Assembly (NCBI GenBank): GCA_030141605.1
Contig: JAQGDQ010000014.1
Location: forward strand, 1,240,001-1,304,000
Source of the DNA: Tubiluchus corallicola
Taxonomy: Eukaryota; Animalia; Priapulida
DNA: 64,000 nt
Reading direction: 5' to 3'
A program made the position numbers and the translations under genes. Under the pieces are notes generated by a model, which saw only the letters and a program-made list of their open reading frames with translations, searched no databases and was not told where the DNA came from. Below, in pieces: positions 40,101 through 52,799 of this stretch (its first letter is position 1; each line of letters opens with the position of its first letter).

Positions 40101-43100
40101 TCCTCCCATAGAGAAAATATCCAATTCATGTTAATAAATGTCCTTCAGTGCCATATGCCTCTAAATAGTCTTAAATGTGGAACTCTATCAAACGCTTTGA
40201 GGAAATTGTAGTAAATTATATCGACTTCGCCGTTATTATCAATTATATCTACCCATTCTTCTAGTGCTTGCAAAAGATTGGTTATGCATGATCTTCCTGA
40301 GCTGAACCCTGCTGCTTATTGCTGATTAAATTATATTTTGTAAGATGGTCATAAATCTTGTCCCTTAATATTCCTCCCATCAGTTTGCAAACAACTGAAG
40401 TCAGGCTTATAGGTCTATAGTAGACACATATGCACACTTCTGGCTTGTTGGTAAAATACTTGTTGCCAAACTTAGGTTCATAATCTATAGCATAGGAAAA
40501 ATTAGACAATCTTCGTTCATCTTTATAACACTAGCCTGTATGCCATCTGGTCCCCTTCATGTTTCCTTTCATGAACTTGATTTTAATATGTAATTCCATT
40601 TCTGTTTCACAAAGCACATCTAGCTTGTGTTCCGTAATTGGTGGCAACTGATGAATATTAGTTATGTCTTCATGTGTAAAAACAGAGGAAAAGAATTTCT
40701 GTAATTCATTAGCCCTTTCTTGTTCTGTAGTTGCTATACTTCCACCTGCTCATTTAGTGCTCGCATTCACTCCTTTTTGATCATATTGTAGTTTATGTAG
40801 GCCCAAAAAGATTTGGGATTACTTTTGGATTCGTAGCAGAGGTATCGTTCAAAATTTCTATTTGCTGTTCTCGCTGTCGATGTCACCTCATTCCTGGCTC
40901 TAACACATATTTCACAGTCATGGAACTTGTCCATTCATATTTTCTCCAGGTAACTTACTTCTTTTTAAGCTTAAACTTTAGTTTTCTATTAAGCCATTTA
41001 GTTTGGGGGGGTCCATTTGTTACATGTAATGGAATATAGGTGTCGATTGCTAGATGTAATCTGACTTCAAACTGATCGCAGCACTTAAGTACATCTTTAT
41101 TACTGAAAATCCACTCCCAGTTATGAGATTTAAATAACTATTTATGGCAACATGCTTTGAAAAAAATGTATTTCCTTTGGCTTGAGTTGCTTGTTTCCCA
41201 AGAAATGTTTATATTGCAACCTAATACTGCGTGATCACTTTTGCCGATTGGTGGGTACTACAACAAGTTGGATACGATGCCTGGATTGTTTACAAATAGC
41301 AAATCTATTAATGTAGGATTTTGATATAACCTGAATCTTGTTGGGAATGTTATAAGTTGTTAGAGATAATGTCACGTAAAGCTTCAAGGAATTTATTTTC
41401 CTGACTGCTCTCAGGTGTCAAAGAACTCCACGAGTTCCAGTGTGTCTTGCTAAAATTTAAATCACCACAAATCACTTTGAATTTTTCCTTACTGATGCCT
41501 GATTCAACCATCAAATTCAGCAGTGTCAAGTTTTCTACGCACTTTGCCGATGGACTACTGTAAATTCCTCCAACTGATAGTTTCTTTATTGTGCCTTAGA
41601 TTTACATTTACCCATTATCGGGGGTACACTGTCGTGCTTCCAAAGATAATCTAACACATAGCGCTGTTCCCCTGCTTTGTATATTGCTATACAAATTATA
41701 ATTGGGAAGCGATAATTCTTGCAATGGATATCTGGAGTGCTGTCGATGTCTTAATGTTATTTTTGACATTTGTAATCAGCTGGAGTTAAACATACGATAT
41801 TTGCCATTTTAAAAACTTACTCGGTAGAATATCTTCTATATACGTATTAACCTGCATGAAAACATAAACCTAGTTGTGACCTTCTACACCGCTTATCTCA
41901 TTTATGAAAAAACTCATGAAGAATGCATGAACATGCATTACGGTAAAAGCTAGTGCAAAATTTATGGCACAGTGATGTACTATTTTTTTTTACTGGATTT
42001 GGGTTGCTCAGAATAGTATCTTAAATATTTAACATTTTCTCCTTTCTGTTAAAATGGCATATTTTAGTTCCCTGTTTGCTCTCATTTAATGATTTTAGTA
42101 ATTTGTCATTTCAGCAAATCTTTTTTTTAGTACTACAAGTATAGTTCAAGAGCTAAGAACTTGATCGTCCCTGTCTGATGCTTTTTTAACCTAAATGTTT
42201 TGTAGGTATCGATTGTATCAAGTCGGCAATCCACGAACAAGAGTATTTTTGCCAGATTTCTGGATGAAGCTGGTTCACCCCAACAGGGAGCAGCCACCAA
42301 ATATTGTTATGTTTCATGTCCACATGAAGTGAGTTTAGAACTTGCTAGAGAATAGAGTGAGATGTTTGACTGTAGCACTTAACTGCAGTGCACTTAACAT
42401 TCAGAAACCAGTATGATTGCCCAATCTAAAATGCTAAAATATGAAAAACAAACTATTAAGAACGAGTCCGTGAGAGCACCATGCAGAGGGTGGCACATGA
42501 GGTGTGATGAATTTATATCATTTTTTTCTAACATGAAGGGCGACCCCCCAAAACCATGTAACCAAGATAGCAAATCTATCGAGCTACTATTACCAGAGAA
42601 ATGACCACATCAAGAAATTCACCTCAAAAGAGGCAAAAAATCGCTATTTTGGGGGGTTGTTTTAACTTTTTCTCCTGTATAAACTATTAAAGATGGGTCG
42701 ATGTAAGTTGGCTGGTACATAGACCCAGACATTGTCTTCTGATATCCTAACTTTTTCTGACATACTATTAATAGTATCAGAGAACGGCATTTTTCAAATT
42801 CGGCTCTTTGTTAAGAGTCCAGAGAGAGGTTAAGTTGTAAGGCTCATAACTCGCCCACTGCGGGGCTACAGAACTTCTGGTTTTCATGTATGTGTTAACC
42901 ATCATCCTCACTAATAATATAAAAAAGAAAATTCGCTGGAGCCTGTTTCAGTATTTAGTACTGGCACTTTAAAATTTCACAAAAATCAGCAAAATTCCCC
43001 TTTTTTGTAGTTTTTCAATATTTTTTCTATCTATGTGCTGCATTATAAGTGACAAATCTGTATTCTAAATTTCATGAAAATGCACGAGCTGAGATAATAT

Positions 43101-46100
43101 CATGAATGACATTATATAGAGGGGCCACTGTTAGAAAAAATTGCCATATCAACACACTTTTTTACTTTCCATAGTAATTCCGTCCATGTGTAAAAAGTAG
43201 ACATACTTGGCTCAGGTCGTATATGACAGTAGACATTTAGCCACGTTTAACCTGCATTTGCTGTGACTAGTGCTTTCCATTCCTAGTAGCAATAGATTCC
43301 TTTGCCATGGAAATTGCTAGAAATTTGCGAATTTCATCTTAAATTGGTTTAGTTATGTCGGAATTTTCATATGACTACAAATATGAATAATTACCTCTTC
43401 TGATGGATTTCTGGACAGGACATCATGCATAATAGACAAATATATCATGGGGAAAGTGATAAAGTGAAAATCTTGCAGTCTAAACATGAGACAATATAAG
43501 CGTATGGGCCGCTTCTAGGGGGATGGCGGTGATATTTAGCTCAGAAAATTTTTCTTCGCCCAAAATTTATTTGTGGCACAAAATCGATACTACTGACAAA
43601 AAATATTAATAGTGTGATTGAATGATTGCGCCAATGGCACAAAAATTTTCGACGTTTTACAGTCAAAAAATCACCGGACAAATGATATCAAGTCTGTCCC
43701 ATATTTTTTGGGCATTCGCTCAGATTTAGGGCAATTTTCTTGTGTCCTGGCTTGTATGCCTATGTAAGACAATGAGTAATAACTAGGTAATAACCTGTAC
43801 ATAACATTTACAAAGCATGGAAAATAAACAGTACATAAAACATTTTCCAGTCCTTGCAAGAAGCAATTTCCATTCCGTAGATATTTCATTTTTTTTAAGA
43901 TTGGAAGCACTCTAAATGCGGTCGAGTGTCTTTAGTACAGGCTAATGGATTCACAATATTCGTTTCGTGCGGATAACTAGTCACAATGCCGCATTTAACG
44001 CTGGTAAACAGCCCAGAAAACGAACATTTTAGTTCAGCAGTGGCCGTCATCTTGAATGCTGGAGTCCAATCCTGTCGGTAGTTTAACCAATGTGCTGGCC
44101 AGGCCCCTAGTTGTCAAAGATGAATATTTATGATGTTTTGAAGTATTTTGACAAGATTTGACAACTCATGTTGACCTACACGAAGCTTTTTGATGAACGT
44201 TGTTAGCTATATTTTCACCCTGATATATGCCTCTTTCAGGGGTTTTTTACAATAGGGTGGAAATTCGCTACATCGAAATTGTCACTGCAGCACCATTTGG
44301 GATGGGATGCCCTATTCACATACATATCGATATTTTTGTTTCCGCCCCCGCAGTGGGTGAGATATAAGACTTTGAAATGACTGAGTATTTGCATCTTGTG
44401 CGTAATGCGAGCTTAAAGAACCCCAGTAGAGCCGAAAGAGGGGGGTTTGGGACAAAAGTCGAAAAGTCATTTTGGAGAAGATAACAAGATCCAATACTGT
44501 GCAGAGTCAGATCTATTCAAACTCAGTGGTTGCTGCATGGCTAATCCTTCAAATACAAGTAAAAATAGAGAAAAATAGGTATTTTTTCATGAAAATCGGC
44601 CTATGCCGTACCTCTGCTATTATGAGGAGTTGGGCCAAGCGGATTTACATAGTGAATACTAGTGACTAGTGGACCTCATACCTGAACTTTGGCCTGAATC
44701 GGTTTACCTAACCTTGTGCCGGAATTTTTCGATTTTGTATGGTCTTCACGCGGACACGTTCTTAAAACCTCAGACATCTATGTAAAATATAGAAATTTAA
44801 AACCAGATATTTGCCTGCTTTCTGCAGGCATTCTCAGTGATGAACGGTTAACAGTATTTTTTGCATGAGCTTATATAGACAGCCGGTAGCTGTATTAGTA
44901 CTGCACAGAATCATTTTCAATCACAAATTATTTGAACAGAGGTAACGGAATAGAATTATTGTTGTGGAGATCCATTAGAATTAAATAGAAAATTGCAGAA
45001 TGTTCTATAGTATAGTAGAACAATTTTTTTACCTTGTAGAAGTTCCGAGAACTTTCTATTTCTAGATTGTTCCTTAGGACTGATATATAAGGCAGAGCTG
45101 GCCGCTGGAGTTTATACTCTTGTATCCTCGTATTCTCAGATACGCATTCTCGCTTTCACGTTTCCAGATTATTGTAAACATTTCGCGTTCCTTCATACTT
45201 TTGTGTTGTAGAATTCTCGTATAATTTCATTTTAATTTCAACTGGAAAACTGGAAGTTTGCTAGATGAAGTAAAGTGTACGTGGTAATGCTCTACATTAA
45301 TTTCCTTTTACAAAAACGTTTCTCTCTCTTTTTTAAAAATTTGCAAAACTTCTGTTTACAGTTTTAACATCGCAGTCTTACTTTACTTTTAGTATGTCAA
45401 GGCTGGACGTCAAGAATTACTTAGAGAGAATCTACAATGTCCCTGTTGGTACAGTGCGCATCCAAATCAAAGAAGGTAGTGAAATTCTTTTTGTTCTTGA
45501 GTCAGGACTACATCATTACGTTTTTACTACTTTTTAATTTTTTAGTTTTATTTCTTTATTTTTTATTGAAACATACTGATTTAATAACATGTGTGCTTGT
45601 ATAGCAAATTATCCACAAGTCGACAATTAAGCTTTTCTAGTTACTCACATATCCTGAATTTCCATTTCATGAGGATCATTTTGATACCAAGCTTATCATT
45701 CTATGTTATTTCTAAGCAGAAATAATCAAAGTTGAAGTTGAGGTGCACGTTACACATTGAAAAACATAACCTTGAGAAAAATGCTTTTAAAGTTATCCAT
45801 TGTTTTTTGCCGCATTTCTACAAAACAGTTAACATCTGCACAAATATTGGTTGTTACAGACCTTGCAAGAACATGTTGCAAATCCAGATTTGCAAAAGCC
45901 ATTTGCAGTATGTTTAAATCCAGTAGATGGCTCTTACTAACGAATATCTGGGCTTGGCAAGAGAGAAAACCCAAAGCAAAATAACTGCTTCTACGAGCTA
46001 CTATCGGAGTTTGAAAATACAAGTTTTTTACAATTGCTGTATTCGTTTTTAGCGAGAGAAGTGGGTGTGGAGTTATAAAATTAGATTTTTAGAATTTTTT

Positions 46101-49100
46101 GAACACTTTCTTGATAATTTGATGCTAGAATACAAAAGTACACAAAAGTTTTGGTTTGCAAGCCACATATCTGACTGAAGAGCTTTATTATCAGCAGTTT
46201 GTTTGAATAGGCCAGTAATTCAGGCTTCCAGAGGTGCATGGACGTTTTAAGGTTTAGGGTCTTTGGACTTTTTCGCAGGTGGTGCCAAAAAATTCTGAAT
46301 ATATTTAAGTGTGTCATCTGTATTTACAGTGTAGCAACTTAATAAGCATTTGAGTTGATGACTTGTTATGCTAATGGTTTTGAATGTAATTTAAATTGTT
46401 TTGACAGTAAAGTTCAATGCTTTAAAATCTATGAATGCAAATGCAATGTAGCACTGTATGTGCTTTGTTTTTGTACATTAAAAGCCAGTATTAAAGTATT
46501 TTTCAAAACTTAAATAAAAAAGTTCAGATATTTTCCTCTCATTTGTACATACACTGCAATTTTCCCTACGTACTGCATGGTACTCAAAAACAGCAGCAAA
46601 ACATCTAGGTGTAACTATTATATTGGGCATCTGTTATTGTTGAGATTTCGTTCTGTAAATTGGCGTACTGCTATATTGATTTTTGCAGCAGCACAAACAG
46701 CTTTCCAAGCCCTGCCAATCCCCAATATTAAAATTTCACTACATAATAGTTTAAATTTGAGTGTTATTTTGCTGACTCATTGATTTGTGGTTTTGTCTTC
46801 AAATTATGCTATTATAGTTACCATAACAACTGCCGTTGCCAATCAGTACTAATATCTTAAAAACTTCATGGTTTAATTACTTTATGAGATTCAAGAACTC
46901 CATCAGTAGTTAAGCAACATCAGATATAAGAAGAGCCTAGGTGGGCAAGATATTTTGCAGAATGTTTGTGTTCAAGTTGTGTCCTAACAGGGTCGTAGAA
47001 ACAATGAGCCAAACGAAATAGGTCTAAGAAATTTTATGAAACAGGATCTAACATAAGGTAAAATTATCTTGCTAATCATCACAATAAATCACTTAACTCC
47101 ATGTGTACTCTGTGTGTATATAGACTACTAATTAATTAATACTATGAGTGAGAATGTAACGATAACTCAAATAATGTTTGATAATAACAACTGTATTGCC
47201 AATGGAAATACACGTAAGTGGTAAATGTAAGTGTAAATTCAAAAGGTCTAATAAAATTAACATTTTTAGGTCCATCTTTTCTGTGGGGCTCTGTGGCTCT
47301 TTCCTGCCCCCAATTACCCTGATCCTAGATGTTTCTATAATTGTCTCTGGGTAGGTGATTCACTGGGATGCCAACTTTTAGTCATTGGGACATTTGTAAG
47401 ATTTTCTCTGTCTGCTCTTTATATGAAGTAATTGTCGTAACCTTGTAAGCATGGGGGAAACGGTTGAATATATTCTGTAATTTTTCGGTTAGACTCTTTT
47501 CACCTTCGTATGTGTTTTCTGTACCCTCAGGGTGGTTCCCTGAGCCTTTTGGACGCAGTTTACTCCTGTCCTCCCTTTGTCTTCCCACAGAGATGTGTTA
47601 GGATAGGTTATATTTGAGAAGTTGGCTTTTTCTTGTTAATCTATTGTTAATACTTTGTCTTTTTAGCACTGATATTTTTTTTGCTTAATCATCAAAAGGT
47701 CAACAGCAAACTGCTTTGTTCATTAACACATTTGATACATGCTAAACAGGCATTAGAATAATTAGCTAATGGGCCTATGTTTTACCTAGTGACCCACACA
47801 TGCTTTGTGCTGTAATAGTGAAACACCAGACCTATTAAAACCAAGGTCAAATGTTTGCTTTTATTTTATGAATTACATTATTCAATGAGAATAGTGAAAC
47901 TTGTGTTTATTTGTATTCGTGGACGGAATTTCATGGTGACGGTCCGCCATCTGGCTGTCTGCTCGTGAAACAATGGACTGTGTCCGTAGTATGTGGCACT
48001 TTTTAACGGTCCAGATTTTGTCCAATTCTTCCGATATCTGTAAAAGCAAGATTCGGCAAACCGAGATATGAGTGTACACAAACATAAGAAAAGTTAATGA
48101 ACATGTATATATGTCATGTAATACTTTCGCTAGCTGATTTGATTGATGTGCAGATTTTTTGAAAACCTCTGTATTTCATTTCAATTTCATTCATTGTTTT
48201 CATTTTAGGCGAATATGAGAGGCATCCTACAAAGCGATATGCCATAGGAAAGACTGACACAAAAATTGCTTATGTTCATTTGGTAAGTTTTTTATCATTG
48301 CTCTTGTATCTTGAACAACATTTGTGTACATTTATGAAATGCTGGGCATTGAAATAGGGTGAGTCATGTGGTGGGATATAACAGTGTACAAGAAGTTGCA
48401 AAACACTTTTATTGGTACATTTATTTGTCACTCCATTTATATTCCAAGACCCTGTCTTCATATTATTAATACTATTTGCAATATTTGTTGTTATCCCATT
48501 TTTAAAAATTTGTCCTATTACAAAAATAAATTAGTACAACATTACATGCTCAAGTGTCCCCAATATACAGCTAGTAGAACGAACCTTGAGGAAAAACTAA
48601 CCCAACTATATCAACAAAATGTTTTCCCATTTAATTTAAATAACTTGCGTAATCAGCTGAAACTTTCAACATTTCTTTTCGGATCCTCTCAATTAAATCG
48701 GAACCAAAATTTCAAACTATCCAAGACTACATAAAATCTACGCACCACTTTTCTTCAATTGATCGTACGTAGTATTACTAATTTAACATCAATATTTATT
48801 TAACTCATTACTATATGACATTTATTGGCCATGCACTATATTTTGTTATTCTATTTCTTTTGCAATACAGCATAAGGTATTATCAATCAGTTTATGTATA
48901 ACAAAGGTTACAACTAAATAAAAATATGTTTAGAAAAAAGTAAATTACAGCACCATCACAAGCAATGTTTTTTTGATTTGCCTCTTTCTTCCTTCAATTT
49001 CTGTCTCAAGTCAGGGTTTAGTTTCCGAACCTGAGGTAGGAAAGCTCGTTAAATGTAAACTTTTTTGACCAGTTCAGTTTCAGAGTTCTTCGTCTTAACC

Positions 49101-50713
49101 CTTTGGTTAAGTTTGTGTTTAGATAGTTGATTGTATATTATATTGGCATCTAATGTTCAGTTACCATGTGTCACGTGACTGCAATCCTAAAGATTTGAAA
49201 AGTGCATGGAAAATTTATTTCCAAATTCGTCCAAATGAAGAGGCTTATTGTCGACAACAAATGCATCCTACATGATTTTCAACTACTATACATGTGGACT
49301 AACAAACAACTACAATATGTTCTAGAAAACATTATTAAAGTAAAATAACTTAACCTGGTTCATTGTCTTCTTTCTATAACTTTGTATAAATACAGCAGAA
49401 TTATCTTTCCAAAATTTCTGTAAATCACTGTAAAAGTTTATTAAATGTGCATGTAACATTTTTTCTAAATTTTTGGATACTGATACTTTAAAATTTATAA
49501 TACTTTGTCTTAATATGTTAAATTTCATTTTTGCCAAAATCTTAATACTTTAGAAATCCAACGTAACACTCATAGTTTCAAAATTTTGCACTTTCAAAAC
49601 TAGGTATTAATCTTTTTAGTCTGGTTAAAGTAATTGTATTTAATAGTATTCATTATTGCTGCCTTGACAGGTCAGCATATGCTTTCATACATAAAGGAGG
49701 TAAGCTGAATAGGCTTTCACTACTGTAAACCATAGTCATTTTATTTTTGCAGTAATTTCATTTTTTTATCACAATACATAATTTTAAATTAGGTAAAAGT
49801 GTTTCAAAATGTGATAATTACTAAAAATTTCCACAATTAAAATATTGAGAAAGCACAGCATTTGAAACTTCTACAGCAGTAACAGCTGTTATCATTAAGT
49901 GACCAAAAAAAGAAAAAATAGGGAAAAAAATCACGAGGACGCTAGTTCTAATTACTAGTTTTTTAGCTTTTTATACAAAAAGGGACAATCACATATTAAA
50001 ATCTCGAAGACTATGCTAGCAAAGTCATTCAATACAGGCACTTTGAGTATATGGCATTAAGTGAATAGATTTATTAGAAAAGTTAACGGTGAATATGAAT
50101 AGCGTTAATATTTAACTAAATTTATAGTGTGTGGTGGGTGATGGGCGGACATGATCAGATTGCACAAGCTCTGTACTTACAGGCCTTACACATTTAGACA
50201 TACACGTATATAACAGAAATTAAAAGTAAACATTGTTTCTTTGGCTGATGTTATTTTTTACATTGTGTGAGAAGCATTTTTATATGATAACTAGAAAAGG
50301 GTAATGTATAATGTTTGCTCACACTGCATACTAGGACTAATAATAGTGTCAATGACTCAATGCTAAATGAGATGGAGACGGATGCGGCACAGATTGCTAG
50401 TGTGAATCTATGAGCAGTTTGTTAATAAGAAGCGATATCTTAAGCATCAAGAAGCAGTATATTAGACAATGTGCTCTTTAATTAATTAACAGGAAGTAAT
50501 ATTTTAAGCAATGCGCTCCTTAATTTGCTAACAAATTTTTAGGCTAAAAGCAACACATTCGAATTTCCTGACATTTTTCCTGAAGAAAAGAAGAGCAGGG
50601 ATGACATGCAAGCTGAAGAATACTCCAAGATTAGAGAACTCTTGAGAGTTGAAGAGAAAAAGAAGTGGGACTCAAATCGTGTGGATATACCATCATGGTT
50701 TAGTTCAGTATAA
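37122..50713 (+). CDS. MRPL23: mitochondrial large ribosomal subunit protein uL23m, 154 aa, 5 coding exons
   Basis: Exons 37122-37135, 42206-42328, 45393-45475, 48209-48282, 50543-50713 (465 nt, GT-AG, phases 2/2/1/0). Protein: MSTKLYRLYQVGNPRTRVFLPDFWMKLVHP...MSRLDVKNYLERIYNVPVGTVRIQIKEG...KIAYVHLAKSNTFEFPDIFPEE...RVDIPSWFSSV, matching recalled MRPL23 motifs (D.rNYLE.IYNVPV, TF.FPD.FPE, PSWF). Confidence 0.93.
37265..37665 (-). mobile_element. 3' part of a CR1-like LINE (host of the nested insertion)
   Basis: TKLV...LTTLKYRRER..LIQTFRILKGFD...RGHRYKI...SMRVVNEWNKLPENII. Confidence 0.85.
37900..39540 (-). mobile_element. 5'-truncated LINE of a different clade, nested in the CR1 element
   Basis: GPKNEMLIEGG, IPDEWKLMTIKPMYKG, RGIFLTSLISKLYE, IEKCFDKLWL, QGTPFGPIL, LLYVDDI and a C-terminal CPIY..EDTTEHVFVC knuckle. 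Confidence 0.85.
39541..41760 (-). mobile_element. 5' part of the CR1-like LINE (endonuclease and RT), decayed
   Basis: YRPISLTSVVCKLMG, SGIPQGNVLGPVLFTIYVNDL, LFADDTK, KWQMNFNIDKC, LIKRNFTYLD; endonuclease remnants ICGDFKF and PIGKSDHAV. Confidence 0.88.
39907..40106. repeat. 100-bp tandem duplication inside the CR1 RT
   Basis: 39907-40006 versus 40007-40106; three substitutions seen. Confidence 0.95.
42460..44761. mobile_element. non-autonomous TIR DNA transposon with TTAA target duplication (Kolobok-like), in MRPL23 intron 2
   Basis: ttaa|GAACGAGTCCGTGAGAGCACCATGCA at the left; the right end reverse-complements to ttaa|GAACGTGTCCGCGTGAAGACCATACA (20/26 identical). Purine-purine termini; no transposase ORF. 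Confidence 0.75.
44963..45296 (+). mobile_element. candidate solo LTR (~334 bp)
   Basis: TGTGGAG...CTCTACA inverted ends, TATATAA at 45084-45090 and AGTAAA near the 3' end; target-site duplication not clean. Confidence 0.6.
45038..45073. promoter_or_regulatory. heat-shock-element-like nGAAn arrays
   Basis: aGAAg-ttccgag-aactTTCt (45038-45057, GAA/TTC motifs with imperfect 5-bp phasing) and tTTCt-aGATt-gTTCc (45059-45073), about 10 bp upstream of the TATA box; aGAAt-gTTCt at 44997-45006. Confidence 0.5.
48330..48735. mobile_element. short LINE remnants (endonuclease fragment on minus, 3'-end fragment on plus)
   Basis: KTGSWNINGV...CYIPPHDSPYF on minus; HYMLKCPQYTASRTNL...FLFGS on plus. Confidence 0.6.
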
Positions 50714-50854
50714 CATACGTAAGTTTAAACGTAAATAGTTACTAACATATAAGTCTTTGCAATTTGCTGGTGCAAAATTTTGCTACTTAATTTTATTGTC
50801 ACTCTCTTGTTATTTAGACTGAAAAGCACTTCTGCTCTTTATTTAAACATGAGA

Positions 50855-50860
50855 AATAAA
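50855..50860 (+). terminator. probable MRPL23 polyadenylation signal
   Basis: AATAAA just downstream of a predicted 3'UTR intron (50719-50817). Confidence 0.5.
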
Positions 50861-51257
50861 TGACTAATGGCTGTGATAGGTACTTGAAACTCTATCATTT
50901 TATCGCTTCTGTGTGCGCTATTTGAAATTTGTTGTGTATCGTTCTCCAAGTGGCAAGATGACAAATGCTGGAACACATCGATTTGGTATAATAATGAACG
51001 ATTCCAAGTTTAAGAAGCAATGATGTTTTAAATAGTTCAATCAATCTGAACATTTTGGCTGGTTCGGCTGCAAAGTAAGTTATAGGTTGAAAAAAAATTT
51101 GCCCAACAAACAGTAAAACTGTAAACAAAATACTACAGCTAGTTGCCGACTTATGGACACATTTAGTTCTGACCGATCAGATGTAAGATGACCTGGATAG
51201 AACTCAGGCCTGTATATTCAGATGGTTCACCACAACGAGTAAGGTGTTGTGTATAGT

Positions 51258-51591
51258 TAGGGGCGTAGCCAGGTTCTAAAGTTAGGGGGAGCAAGCACTT
51301 AAAAAATGTGCCGTGACACATACCAAACCATTTTTAATGCATTGATTATTTATTTAATAAGTATTTCAAATCAAAACATGAAGAAGATACAGTATTAAAG
51401 CAAGTACATAAATAAAGTAATGACAATAGAAAATTCTTGCAAGGCCATGTGATTAAAAGAATAAGAAAGATTTGACTTTTATCACATAAGTGAACTAAAG
51501 AGTTAAAAAATTTTTGAAAAGGCGCCAGTTCTTTGAAATTGTGCTTGGGGGAGCGGTTTCTCCACTTGCTCCTGTATTAGCTACGCTACCG
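51258..51591. mobile_element. MITE with GGGGCGTAGC-type terminal inverted repeats
   Basis: taggggcgtagccagg ... gctacgctaccg, with internal ggggga/gcaag motifs; target-site duplication not recognisable. Confidence 0.6.
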
Positions 51592-52755
51592 CACTAAGTA
51601 TGGCTGTGCCCACAGAAGAATTTATCAAAACAAATGGTGATTTAAAGTTAATTTGCTTAAAAATACAAGGTAGTGAATTATAATTCAATAACCTAAAAAT
51701 ATGCAGATTCGATTCAATTTAAAGTCAAACTAAACCCTTACAGATATTCACAGTTATTTTATTATAATACTTACTGTAAAAATTTGAAGGACCGCCATTT
51801 TTCGGTGCGTGAGACAAATGACATTATGAGTACAGTCACGAGGTCACCAAATATCGGTAAACAAACATTGGTAACCAAAGACGCTTTCTGTACCTCGCTC
51901 ACTGGCAATCTTTATGGCAATGCACGCATTTGCCAGGAAAAGTAAGTTATTTAATTTATAAGTTTCTTCTGTTTGATAACTGTGAATTCTTTGTGTAATC
52001 ATAATAATGCGTTAAAAACTTCAATATGTTTAAGCGAAAAATGCATGTAAAATAATAAAATTAAAGAGAAATTGCAAATTTATTCCTATTACATTAAATT
52101 CATACAGAAATATTGAGTTTCAGTATATTTCTACTTTTTATAGGAAGTTTTAAGAAATTTAACAATCTGCATTAAGGCTGTGCCAGGAGCATTTCCAGCA
52201 TGACTGATAGTAATAGAGACTGTGCAAATGGCACGACTCTTTGTAGCAGTGGCCTGGACAGCCCCATGAACTCTGTTGCCATGAAGCATCGACATCTCTA
52301 CTACTCAAGTTAGTGTAATAATTGGAAGACAAGTTACACTTTAACTTCAAAACTTCATCATAAAATTATTTTCATATTAGTAATAAGTACGATTAATATA
52401 TATATATATTATTACATTTTATGACCCTGTTCTTGTTTTAGATCTTAAAATTTTCCTTTTCCATGCTTTTTATACACTGCCTGGTGTAAAGGAATAAATG
52501 TCAGTATTTTCAGGTCAAAAAGTAAGTGGATAATTAGACTGAAAGACTAACATCTTAAATCATGCCCACACAAACGTAAGTTAAGTATCAACTACATAAA
52601 GGCTATGTTAAGTATCAACACATCAACTACGAGTTCTAAATCTATGTAACAGCGTAATTATGCCTTATAAAACTTATGCATTATAAAATCTGTTAGTAGT
52701 ATAAAAGTAAAACAAGACTGTTCTGTAAGCACCAGTGCTGGACAACAATTATCTC

Positions 52756-52799
52756 TTACTTCATCTTTTGCAATGCATCCATCATTATCGACATGTCAC
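52756..52799 (-). other. duplicate copy of the PAH terminal coding exon
   Basis: Identical to 53185-53228 (DMSIMMDALQKMK*), with an intact acceptor. Confidence 0.9.

Noticed and set aside
45610-46320. Possible non-autonomous DNA transposon
   Set aside because: The internal motifs look repeat-like, but the ends could not be defined.
50335-50456. Exon-like purine-rich stretch in MRPL23 intron 4
   Set aside because: Stops in all frames and weak splice sites; MRPL23 is complete without it.
52159-52350. Cys-rich minus-strand ORF as an insulin-like peptide
   Set aside because: No insulin A-chain or B-chain cysteine spacing, no ATG and no signal peptide.
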